64,000 nucleotides of DNA, from the IMG/VR virus record IMGVR_UViG_3300008453_000586; one strand, written 5' to 3'. The notes below the pieces were generated by a model. That model did not search any database. It was not told the origin of the DNA and worked only from the letters and a program-made list of their open reading frames with translations. The translations under genes and the position numbers were made by a program. Shown here piece after piece: positions 37,257 to 43,717 of the stretch. The first letter of the stretch is position 1, and every line of letters begins with the position of its first letter. This DNA comes from a virus. Its lineage: Duplodnaviria; Heunggongvirae; Uroviricota; Caudoviricetes.

Positions 37257-37716
37257 TTATAAACAACAACCTACTGGAAATACATGCGGTCCAACATGTA
37301 TATACATGGCTTTAAGATATGTTATGAACAAACCAAACGATTTACCGTTTGATGTTGAAATTTCAGACACAGTAGAGAAAATTGCTGAAGCATGCGGTAC
37401 TGATTGGGTGGTAGGAACACCACCAGATAAAATGATTAAAGGATTCGAAGCGTGTAACTTAAAATACATCGAATACATTCACTCTCCAAGACCTTTTGAT
37501 TTACTTAAACAAGTTATCGACTCAGATAATATACCAATTGTTAGAACAATAACACACGGTGTCCCACATTGGATAATAGTAAACGGATACAGTGAACAAC
37601 ACTTCGACATATTAGACCCATGGCAAGGAATAATCAAATATACACCAAAACAACTTAACGATATTTGGATGGTCAGAGACTATCAATTTTTTGAAATTAT
37701 TACAGATGCAGATTAA
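37240..37716 (+). CDS. C39-like (papain-fold) cysteine peptidase, putative
   Basis: YKQQPTGNTCGPTCIYMAL (Q...CG.aC catalytic Cys motif) and PHWIIVNGY (HyVV His motif). Confidence 0.45.
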   Translation: MMITISYKQQPTGNTCGPTCIYMALRYVMNKPNDLPFDVEISDTVEKIAEACGTDWVVGTPPDKMIKGFEACNLKYIEYIHSPRPFDLLKQVIDSDNIPIVRTITHGVPHWIIVNGYSEQHFDILDPWQGIIKYTPKQLNDIWMVRDYQFFEIITDAD

Positions 37717-38149
37717 AAAAGGAATACCAGAAGAATTAATAAATGATGTCTTAGAGTTTTCATACCCATACTTTAATCATCTTATGAGCAAATATATTTA
37801 CGAAGAGTATTTAAAATCAGTAAGCAATTGGGGTATATCATCTTTGCTACTTAATGAAGATGGAAAAATATTAGGCGTTTATTTATTAGGTAATCATCAA
37901 ATAACAGATTTTGTAACAGCATCAAAATATGATAACCTAGTAGGTGTTGAAGGAGTATTGTTGGTGGTAGATTCTACAATAAGAGGAATGGGTTACGGAA
38001 ACAAATTAAAAGATTACCCAAAAACACTAGGTGTTGACTATATTTGGGGTCAACAGTTCAAAGGTTTAAAAAATCTTGACGATTGGTTAAAACGCAGAGA
38101 ATTGGTCGCTACAACATCAGAAGTTTATATAACAGCTGAAATTTTTTAA
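37691..38149 (+). CDS. GNAT family N-acetyltransferase, putative
   Basis: VVDSTIRGMGYGNKL resembles GNAT motif A (R/QxxGxG/A). Confidence 0.45.
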   Translation: MKLLQMQIKKGIPEELINDVLEFSYPYFNHLMSKYIYEEYLKSVSNWGISSLLLNEDGKILGVYLLGNHQITDFVTASKYDNLVGVEGVLLVVDSTIRGMGYGNKLKDYPKTLGVDYIWGQQFKGLKNLDDWLKRRELVATTSEVYITAEIF

Positions 38150-38179
38150 AAAAAACTTGCACAGTATTTGAACTTTTTG

Positions 38180-38187
38180 TATCTTTG
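38180..38187 (+). promoter_or_regulatory. -7 box TATCTTTG with -33 TTG (aaacTTGcacag)
   Basis: Upstream of a small basic ORF. Confidence 0.45.
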
Positions 38188-38209
38188 CACATATTTAATA
38201 ATAAAAGAT

Positions 38210-38323
38210 ATGTCATCACATAAAAGGAAAGCACATTCTAGAGTTATTGAAACAAGAAAAGGTACTACAAACAGTAGAAAAACAGTCCAAGTATCAAGAA
38301 CAACAGTAAAAAGAAAAAAATAG
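38210..38323 (+). CDS. small highly basic protein (37 aa, below the ORF-track cutoff)
   Basis: MSSHKRKAHSRVIETRKGTTNSRKTVQVSRTTVKRKK with its own promoter. Confidence 0.3.
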   Translation: MSSHKRKAHSRVIETRKGTTNSRKTVQVSRTTVKRKK

Positions 38324-38366
38324 AAAAAAAAGTTGCAAAAAACTTGACTTGTATTAAATAAGTTCG

Positions 38367-38374
38367 TATATTTG
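38367..38374 (+). promoter_or_regulatory. -7 box TATATTTG with -33 TTGact at 38344-38346
   Basis: aacTTGacttgtattaaataagttcgTATATTTGcaaag. Confidence 0.5.
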
Positions 38375-38537
38375 CAAAGAATTTAAAAACAACATAAAAA
38401 ACAAAACAAAATGAGAACAATTAACATACATATGATTTCGATTTCGAATTGGAGACGCAATAGTCACCAAGTGTCGGGTATGTCTAATTGTGACATCATA
38501 GAGTTCTAGTAAGAATTCAAAAGATAACAATATACAA

Positions 38538-38569
38538 CCCGATGAGTGAAAACTTAATCGGGTTTTTTT
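38538..38569 (+). terminator. rho-independent terminator
   Basis: Stem cccgat/atcggg followed by a T-run. Confidence 0.55.
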
Positions 38570-38580
38570 ATTTTAAGACT

Positions 38581-38760
38581 ATGGGTGAGTTGGTAAGAAA
38601 ATTAGGAACAGAGAAAACTGTAAACCTTACAAAAGATTTCGACCTGATAGTCGATAAGTACAGAAAGATAGCTGATGCCAGTGGTTATCACGGTGAGCTA
38701 AAGTTTCAAAAAGAAGGTGGGTTCACCGTAATCTTTGTAGAGATTAAAACGGACGAATAA
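38581..38760 (+). CDS. hypothetical protein
   Basis: ATG 38581 in frame with track ORF 38542 (which starts inside the terminator hairpin). Confidence 0.3.
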   Translation: MGELVRKLGTEKTVNLTKDFDLIVDKYRKIADASGYHGELKFQKEGGFTVIFVEIKTDE

Positions 38761-38763
38761 ATT

Positions 38764-38850
38764 GGAGAGGTAAGCAGAGTTGGCCTAACTGCAACGGTCT
38801 TGAAAACCGTAGGCCCCAGAGGTGTGTGGGTTCGAGTCCCACCCTCTCCG
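38764..38850 (+). tRNA. tRNA-Ser (anticodon TGA), type II
   Basis: Acceptor ggagagg/cctctcc, anticodon stem acggt/accgt with loop cuUGAaa, long variable arm, T-arm gtggg-TTCGAGT-cccac. Confidence 0.75.
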
Positions 38851-38920
38851 CAAAAATTTACACATGCGGTGAATAACGGTGATAATCACCGCAAAAATGC
38901 GGTGAATGTAAATTAAACAT

Positions 38921-38996
38921 GGTGGCTATAGCTCAGTTTGGTTAGAGCGTCTGATTGTGGTTCAGAAGGTCGTGGGTTCGAGCCCCACTAGTCACC
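38921..38996 (+). tRNA. tRNA-His (anticodon GTG) with G-1
   Basis: G-1 then gtggcta/tagtcac acceptor, D-stem gctc/gagc, anticodon stem tctga/tcaga with loop uuGUGgu, T-arm gtggg-TTCGAGC-cccac. Confidence 0.7.
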
Positions 38997-39004
38997 CAAA
39001 ATAC

Positions 39005-39092
39005 ACATGGTGTTTGTAGTACGTAACGGTAGCGAGTCTGGTTGTGAGCCAGATGACAGAAATGTCCTTGCGGGTTCGAGTCCCGTCTTTCA
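39005..39092 (+). tRNA. degenerate tRNA-like element (canonical T-arm and 3' acceptor strand; 5' acceptor unpaired)
   Basis: T-arm gcggg-TTCGAGT-cccgt followed by ctttcac+c. The only 5' partner, gtgtttg, leaves three U·U mismatches. Anticodon-like hairpin tctgg-uuGUGag-ccaga. Confidence 0.25.
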
Positions 39093-39099
39093 CCCTAAA

Positions 39100-39197
39100 T
39101 TTATCACGTGAGTCAAAAGAGTAAACTGGGTACTGACTGCTGTAGTGAAAACGGTAACCCGAGAAGGGTGTAAAGGTTCGAATCCTTTGGTGATAAA
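39100..39197 (+). tRNA. oversized tRNA-like element (about 97 nt), perfect 7-bp acceptor ttatcac/gtgataa and T-arm but no clean D/anticodon arms
   Basis: T-arm taaagg-TTCGAAT-cctttg; internal 66 nt do not fold into a standard cloverleaf. Confidence 0.25.
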
Positions 39198-39203
39198 TTA
39201 AAT

Positions 39204-39275
39204 ACTTCGCTGGTGAAATGGCTATCATCTTGGTCTCCAAAACCAAGGTTTCAGGTTCGAGTCCTGAGCGGAGTG
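39204..39275 (+). tRNA. tRNA-Trp (anticodon CCA)
   Basis: Acceptor acttcgc/gcggagt, D-stem gtga/tcat, anticodon stem ttggt/accaa with loop cuCCAaa, T-arm tcagg-TTCGAGT-cctga. Confidence 0.7.
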
Positions 39276-39284
39276 CTAAAACAT

Positions 39285-39357
39285 AGGCGTGTGGTGAAAT
39301 TGGTTATCACGCAAGACTGATACTTTTGTATTTCGAGTTCGAGTCTCGACATGCCTA
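39285..39357 (+). tRNA. tRNA-Ile (anticodon GAT)
   Basis: Acceptor aggcgtg/catgcct, D-stem gtga/tcac, anticodon stem caaga/ttttg with loop cuGAUac, T-arm tcgag-TTCGAGT-ctcga. Confidence 0.7.
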
Positions 39358-39362
39358 CAAAC

Positions 39363-39446
39363 TGTGATGTGGATGAATGGTTTAGTCACCAGCCTGATAC
39401 GCTGGGTGTTTATAACACAATGTGGGTTCGAGTCCCACCGTCACAA
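39363..39446 (+). tRNA. tRNA-like gene with long variable arm and GAT-containing anticodon loop (identity uncertain)
   Basis: Acceptor tgtgatg/cgtcaca, anticodon stem ccagc/gctgg with loop cuGAUac, variable-arm hairpin gtgtt-tat-aacac, T-arm gtggg-TTCGAGT-cccac; D-arm imperfect. Confidence 0.45.
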
Positions 39447-39454
39447 CAATATAA

Positions 39455-39528
39455 GGTCCTCTGGCGCAATTGGTTAGCGCAGCGCGCTCATAACGCGACG
39501 GTTTCGGGTTCGAGTCCCGAGGGGACCA
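39455..39528 (+). tRNA. tRNA-Met or Ile2 (anticodon CAT)
   Basis: Acceptor ggtcctc/ggggacc, D-stem gcgc/gcgc, anticodon loop cuCAUaa, T-arm tcggg-TTCGAGT-cccga. Confidence 0.7.
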
Positions 39529-39637
39529 CACCCTATCAAATGGTGTAACCACGGGTAAAAACAGCATTGCTGGCGAGTAGGCCAGAGGCGCACCGTAATT
39601 GTGGTACTCGGTGTATTGATAAAAATACAATATAAAT

Positions 39638-39709
39638 TCTCCTTTCGTATAATGGTAATTACGCTGGGCTGTTAACTCAGATATCTAGGTTCGAGCCCTA
39701 GAGGGAGAG
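39638..39709 (+). tRNA. tRNA-Asn (anticodon GTT), copy 1
   Basis: Acceptor tctcctt/agggaga, anticodon stem ctggg/ctcag with loop cuGUUaa, T-arm ctagg-TTCGAGC-cctag. Confidence 0.65.
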
Positions 39710-39722
39710 CAAAATATTAAAT

Positions 39723-39796
39723 TCCTCAGTAGCTCAGTTGGTTAGAGCAACGCACTGTTAATGCGTGGGTCCTAGGTTCGAATCCTAGCTGGGGAG
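39723..39796 (+). tRNA. tRNA-Asn (anticodon GTT), copy 2
   Basis: Acceptor tcctcag/ctgggga, D-stem gctc/gagc, anticodon stem acgca/tgcgt with loop cuGUUaa, T-arm ctagg-TTCGAAT-cctag; resembles the canonical bacterial tRNA-Asn. Confidence 0.75.
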
Positions 39797-39808
39797 CAAA
39801 ATAAATAT

Positions 39809-39882
39809 TCTCTCGTAGCTATAACGGTCAGAGCGGTGAGTTGTTAACTCAAGGGTTACAGGTTCGAATCCTGTCGAGAGAG
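39809..39882 (+). tRNA. tRNA-Asn (anticodon GTT), copy 3
   Basis: Acceptor tctctcg/cgagaga, anticodon loop uuGUUaa, T-arm acagg-TTCGAAT-cctgt. Confidence 0.65.
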
Positions 39883-39895
39883 CAAAATAAAAAAT

Positions 39896-40060
39896 ATGGA
39901 AAAGACAAGTGAAGCTGATATGCAGCGTCTTTATGACTACATGGATAAAATGGGTGTTACCTATACGGTAGACCGAAATCCAAGTCCAGAAAAGATTGCT
40001 AGAATCAAAGCACAAATTGAAAGAAGCCGCAGGTTATTGGAAAACGTTCATCCCTCATAA
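39896..40060 (+). CDS. small protein (54 aa) encoded inside the tRNA array, below the ORF-track cutoff
   Basis: MEKTSEADMQRLYDYMDKMGVTYTVDRNPSPEKIARIKAQIERSRRLLENVHPS; protein-like composition with a C-terminal helix. Confidence 0.35.
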   Translation: MEKTSEADMQRLYDYMDKMGVTYTVDRNPSPEKIARIKAQIERSRRLLENVHPS

Positions 40061-40100
40061 AGATGAATAATCGGGTTCGACTCCCGAATGCGGTACAGCT
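40045..40100 (+). tRNA. tRNA 3'-half-like remnant (CAU loop, T-arm, acceptor 3' strand)
   Basis: tcatc-ccucauaaa-gatga hairpin followed by tcggg-TTCGACT-cccga and atgcggt; no matching 5' half; overlaps the end of the 54-aa ORF. Confidence 0.2.
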
Positions 40101-40140
40101 ATTGCGACATTAATCACGACATTGTGTCGCAATAAAAATT

Positions 40141-40214
40141 GGCCACGTGGCGCAACTGGATAGCGCACCGCATTACGACTGCGGAGGTTGTAGGTTCGAA
40201 TCCTACCGTGGTCA
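40141..40214 (+). tRNA. tRNA-Arg (anticodon ACG)
   Basis: Acceptor ggccacg/cgtggtc, D-stem gcgc/gcgc, anticodon stem ccgca/tgcgg with loop uuACGac, T-arm gtagg-TTCGAAT-cctac; preceded by a 9-bp hairpin (40101-40133). Confidence 0.75.
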
Positions 40215-40222
40215 CAACAATT

Positions 40223-40296
40223 GGCTCCGTAGCTCAGATGGATAGAGCAACAGATTTCTAATCTGTGGGTCACAGGTTCGAGCCCTGTCGGAGTCA
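40223..40296 (+). tRNA. tRNA-Arg (anticodon TCT), copy 1
   Basis: Acceptor ggctccg/cggagtc, D-stem gctc/gagc, anticodon stem acaga/tctgt with loop uuUCUaa, T-arm acagg-TTCGAGC-cctgt. Confidence 0.75.
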
Positions 40297-40305
40297 CAAA
40301 CAAAT

Positions 40306-40378
40306 GCCTCTATCGTTCAACTGGATAGGACATGGCTCTTCTAAAGCCGTAATTGGGGTTCGAGTCCCTGTAGGGGTA
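40306..40378 (+). tRNA. tRNA-Arg (anticodon TCT), copy 2
   Basis: Acceptor gcctcta/taggggt (two G-U), D-stem gttc/ggac, anticodon stem tggct/agccg with loop cuUCUaa, T-arm tgggg-TTCGAGT-ccctg. Confidence 0.6.
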
Positions 40379-40386
40379 CAAAATAT

Positions 40387-40471
40387 GGAGAGTTGCCAGA
40401 GTGGTTATTGGAGCGGTTTGCTAAACCGTGGCCTCGAAAGGGGCCCGTGGGTTCGAATCCCACACTCTCCG
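40387..40471 (+). tRNA. tRNA-Ser (anticodon GCT), type II
   Basis: Acceptor ggagagt/actctcc, anticodon stem gcggt/accgt with loop uuGCUaa, long variable arm, T-arm gtggg-TTCGAAT-cccac. Confidence 0.75.
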
Positions 40472-40490
40472 CTGAATTTTCCTTTGAAAC

Positions 40491-41318
40491 ATGATATTTA
40501 TATTAAAAGAAAATATGATATTAAGGATAATGAAAAACATGGAACCAGCACAATACTACGGTTCTATGTTTGGTCAAGACGTTGAACCAGCTGGTACTTA
40601 TGTAATTGAAAAAGATACTGATAGAGCAGTTAAGGAACCATGGGTTTCTGGTTTGGCAGTTATAAAAAACCCTATCACAATAGAGGTTGATGACGATACT
40701 CAAATTTCTTATAAATATGAATTGGCCAAAGAATATAAAGCCAAGGGTAAACAATTAACAAAAAAATTAATGGGGTTGGGTTATGATGCAATTATCACAA
40801 TGAAAGATGGTGAAACCAATGAAATTATTTTATTCCCAAACTGTAATTTTATGTTAAATTCGTTAAATGAAAATAAGTTTTTAATTAAAACTTTGCTTAG
40901 GGAAAACTTATTAGAAAACGAATACACTGGTTGGCATAAACCACCAAACAAAACAAATGGTCACCCTATGTATGATATAAGTAATTATTACGATGATGAT
41001 TTATATGGACCTAATGGTGCTAGATACTATGGTCATGGTGGTTCATCAATATCGATGGATAATCAAGCTATTAATATATTAAAAACAGCTAAAGCAATCC
41101 CAGAACAACCAATTAAAATTTATAGAGCGATACCTAACTCAATAGAAAACCCAACAATAAATGTTGGTGATTGGGTTACCATATCGTTACAACACGCAAA
41201 AAACCATGGTTACCAACAATACGATAATGATTATATAATACTATCTAAAGTAGTTAAAGCTAAAGACTTATATACAGATGGTGGTTCAATACACGAATGG
41301 GGTTATGACCCTAGTTAA
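40491..41318 (+). CDS. hypothetical protein containing an internal FLIKTLLRENLL motif (start uncertain)
   Basis: 275-aa ORF immediately after the tRNA array; alternative ATG at 40530; the motif shared with other genes sits mid-protein. Confidence 0.35.
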   Translation: MIFILKENMILRIMKNMEPAQYYGSMFGQDVEPAGTYVIEKDTDRAVKEPWVSGLAVIKNPITIEVDDDTQISYKYELAKEYKAKGKQLTKKLMGLGYDAIITMKDGETNEIILFPNCNFMLNSLNENKFLIKTLLRENLLENEYTGWHKPPNKTNGHPMYDISNYYDDDLYGPNGARYYGHGGSSISMDNQAINILKTAKAIPEQPIKIYRAIPNSIENPTINVGDWVTISLQHAKNHGYQQYDNDYIILSKVVKAKDLYTDGGSIHEWGYDPS

Positions 41319-41321
41319 AAT

Positions 41322-41918
41322 ATGAAAGATTTAATTAAAAATTTACTTAGAGAAAACTTATTACCAGAAGCAGCAGCTTCTACGTTTGAAATGTATCATG
41401 GTAGTCCAATTCAGATAACTAAATTTATGGATGATTTTGTTGGTGGTAAGGATGCCAATGACCAAGAGGGTCCTGGAATTTATTTTACTAGTTCATGGAA
41501 AAACGCTAGGTCTTATGGTGGTTACGTATATACTGTTAGGTTATCACCTAGAAAAGTTGTGTCAACACAGGAAGGTAAAAACGCACCAGCAAAAGAACTT
41601 GAATGGTTAATGAAACAAGCTCCAGATTGGAAGGGTACTGCTGAAAATTGGGATGAAAATCCAATGAGAGGTTTAAAGATAGCGGTAAACGATTTTATAC
41701 AATACAATGACGACCCACATAATCAATTTTTGCAAGTTTGGATAGACTTTTATAGAGACAATCCAGTTGAATATGTTAGAAATATGACTAAATTGGGTTA
41801 TGATGCTGTTATAATCGAAAATTTGAATAGTTTACATGCTTTAGGTGAGAATATCAAACACATTATTGTATTAAACCCATCAATTATTGAATTTATTAAA
41901 GTAGAAGACGATAATTAA
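41322..41918 (+). CDS. hypothetical protein with N-terminal MKDLIKNLLRENLL motif
   Basis: 198-aa ORF. Confidence 0.4.
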   Translation: MKDLIKNLLRENLLPEAAASTFEMYHGSPIQITKFMDDFVGGKDANDQEGPGIYFTSSWKNARSYGGYVYTVRLSPRKVVSTQEGKNAPAKELEWLMKQAPDWKGTAENWDENPMRGLKIAVNDFIQYNDDPHNQFLQVWIDFYRDNPVEYVRNMTKLGYDAVIIENLNSLHALGENIKHIIVLNPSIIEFIKVEDDN

Positions 41919-41942
41919 CTTGATAAATCAAACTTAATTTAG

Positions 41943-41950
41943 TATATTTG
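41943..41950 (+). promoter_or_regulatory. -7 box TATATTTG
   Basis: ttagtatatttgtttataacacaaaatacATG. Confidence 0.4.
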
Positions 41951-41967
41951 TTTATAACACAAAATAC

Positions 41968-42726
41968 ATGAAATTATTAGTAGTAGATATTGAAACAACA
42001 GGTTTTTACGCGCAGTCGGATGCTATCGTAGAAATAGGTATTGCCCTAGTTGATACCGTAACCAAAAAAATCGAAATAGTTTTCGATAACGTAATTAAAC
42101 ACGATAAGTTTAACTCAAAAAGACATAAGAACTCTTGGATATTCCAAAACACAACACTTACGGTTGAAGACGTTGAAAATGCGAAATCTTTGGATGACTA
42201 CAGAGAAGAACTCCAAGAATTGTTTGACAAATACAAAATGACCGCGTATAACAAATCATTTGACCTTAGATTCTTAAAAGCTGCTGGGTTTGAAATGAAA
42301 GATGTTAAGTGTCTTATGCAAACAGCCACACAATACTCACAATACAAAGATAAGAATGGTAAAACCAAAAGACCATCGGTGGAAGAGATTTATAACCAAT
42401 TCTTTATGAAGGACGGTGAGGTATATGTTGAAGAACATAGAGCTGGCGCTGATGCTAAAGATGAGGCTAAGATTATGCTTCACATGGTTGATTTAAAAGA
42501 TTCTAAACTTATGTTAATGGAAGATAAAAAGAAACCAGCCACAACCAAAGTATCAAAAGCGTTGGATGAAGATGATGTGATTAATTTTGGTAAGAACAAA
42601 GGTAAAACAGTTGGTGAGATTGTCAAAACAGCACCGCATTATCTTAAATGGTGTTTAAAAGAAATTCCAAATTTCTCTTTAACACCAAACGTTAAAAAAT
42701 TATTATATAAAAAAGTTGCTAGTTAA
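41968..42726 (+). CDS. DEDD-family (DnaQ-like) 3'-5' exonuclease
   Basis: Exo I VVDIETTG, Exo II YNKSFD, Exo III HRAGADAKDEA motifs. Confidence 0.7.
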   Translation: MKLLVVDIETTGFYAQSDAIVEIGIALVDTVTKKIEIVFDNVIKHDKFNSKRHKNSWIFQNTTLTVEDVENAKSLDDYREELQELFDKYKMTAYNKSFDLRFLKAAGFEMKDVKCLMQTATQYSQYKDKNGKTKRPSVEEIYNQFFMKDGEVYVEEHRAGADAKDEAKIMLHMVDLKDSKLMLMEDKKKPATTKVSKALDEDDVINFGKNKGKTVGEIVKTAPHYLKWCLKEIPNFSLTPNVKKLLYKKVAS

Positions 42727-42738
42727 AAAACTAATATA

Positions 42739-42746
42739 TACATTTG
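42739..42746 (+). promoter_or_regulatory. -7 box TACATTTG; ATG 5 nt downstream
   Basis: TAnnTTTG match. Confidence 0.4.
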
Positions 42747-42750
42747 CACA

Positions 42751-43689
42751 ATGAAAAAAGAAATAAGAACAATATTAAGAGAAGACATGAAAAAAAATGC
42801 GTTGGGTGTTGTGGTTACAAGACCAACACAAGAACTGATAGTTATGCGCGGAATACCAGGTTCTGGTAAATCAACAAAAGCTAAAGAACTAGTAGGTGAA
42901 GGTATCATACACTCCACAGACGATGTTATTGAGTCACAAGGTGATTACAACAAATTCTTTGCAGCAATGTTTGAGTCGAAAGATTTCACACCATTGTCAA
43001 GAGCGCACTCAACAAACTTGAAAAATGCGATAAAATCTTTGAAAGAAGGTTTATCACCAGTTATTGTGGATAACACGAACATCAAACAAAACGAATCCAA
43101 AGCGTATGTGAAAGCAGCGTTAGAATTAGGTTTGTCTGATAACAACATAAAATTTGTTGATATAGGCACCAATGGATTGTCAGCTGAAATACTTGCTGAG
43201 AGAAATACTCACGGTGTACCATTGGAAAAAATTCAATCAATGATTGAATCTCACAAAGGTCAAGGGTTGTTAACATTGAAAAGTGTTTTGGAGTCTAAAG
43301 ACATGTACAAAGAATCTGATGTGGCATATTCGTGTGTGTTGTTGGAAAAAGCGTCACAAAATGTTTTGTTGCACAATTTGGAACGTTATATGCCAGAAGG
43401 GTGGAAAGTATTTGCGCACCACATGACAATAAATATGGGTGCGTTAAAACAAAAAGAACTTTTGGGTACTGAACAATTTTTGAAGGTAACACAAGTTGGT
43501 TTGAGCGATATGGCTATGGCTGTTAAGGTTAAAACTGACATTGAAACCAAAAATGCTTTCCCACATGTAACTGTAGCGATAAACCCAGATGGTGGTAAAC
43601 CAGTAATGTCTAACGAGATAACTAAATGGCAAGATGTAAAACCATTTATATTGTTGGGGAAAGTAACTGAAATAAAAAAGGGGTCTTAG
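42751..43689 (+). CDS. polynucleotide kinase (P-loop) fused to 2H phosphoesterase (CPDase/LigT-like)
   Basis: N-terminal Walker A GIPGSGKST with the kinase fold; C-terminal tandem H-x-T-x motifs HHMTI and PHVTVA typical of the 2H superfamily. N-terminal MKKEIRTILRED motif. Confidence 0.6.
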   Translation: MKKEIRTILREDMKKNALGVVVTRPTQELIVMRGIPGSGKSTKAKELVGEGIIHSTDDVIESQGDYNKFFAAMFESKDFTPLSRAHSTNLKNAIKSLKEGLSPVIVDNTNIKQNESKAYVKAALELGLSDNNIKFVDIGTNGLSAEILAERNTHGVPLEKIQSMIESHKGQGLLTLKSVLESKDMYKESDVAYSCVLLEKASQNVLLHNLERYMPEGWKVFAHHMTINMGALKQKELLGTEQFLKVTQVGLSDMAMAVKVKTDIETKNAFPHVTVAINPDGGKPVMSNEITKWQDVKPFILLGKVTEIKKGS

Positions 43690-43712
43690 GACCCCTTTGT
43701 TATTTTTTTTTA
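43675..43712. terminator. bidirectional rho-independent terminator between the convergent + and - gene blocks
   Basis: A-run, stem ggggtc/gacccc, long T-run. Confidence 0.65.
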
Positions 43713-43717
43713 AAGCG

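Noticed and set aside
38542-38580. Start of ORF 38542 inside the intrinsic terminator hairpin
   Set aside because: Translation initiation inside a stable terminator stem is implausible. The in-frame ATG at 38581 is used instead.
38880-38920. Hairpin/repeat (tgcggtgaat...tcaccgca...tgcggtgaat) upstream of tRNA-His as a separate regulatory RNA
   Set aside because: Short, single occurrence, and most simply a processing spacer within the tRNA precursor.
38992-40585. Track ORFs overlapping the tRNA array (38992..39246-, 39351..39548+, 39382..39630-, 39785..40015-, 40055..40303-, 40265..40585+)
   Set aside because: They are composed of tRNA sequence, lack coding-like composition, and conflict with well-folded tRNAs on the plus strand.
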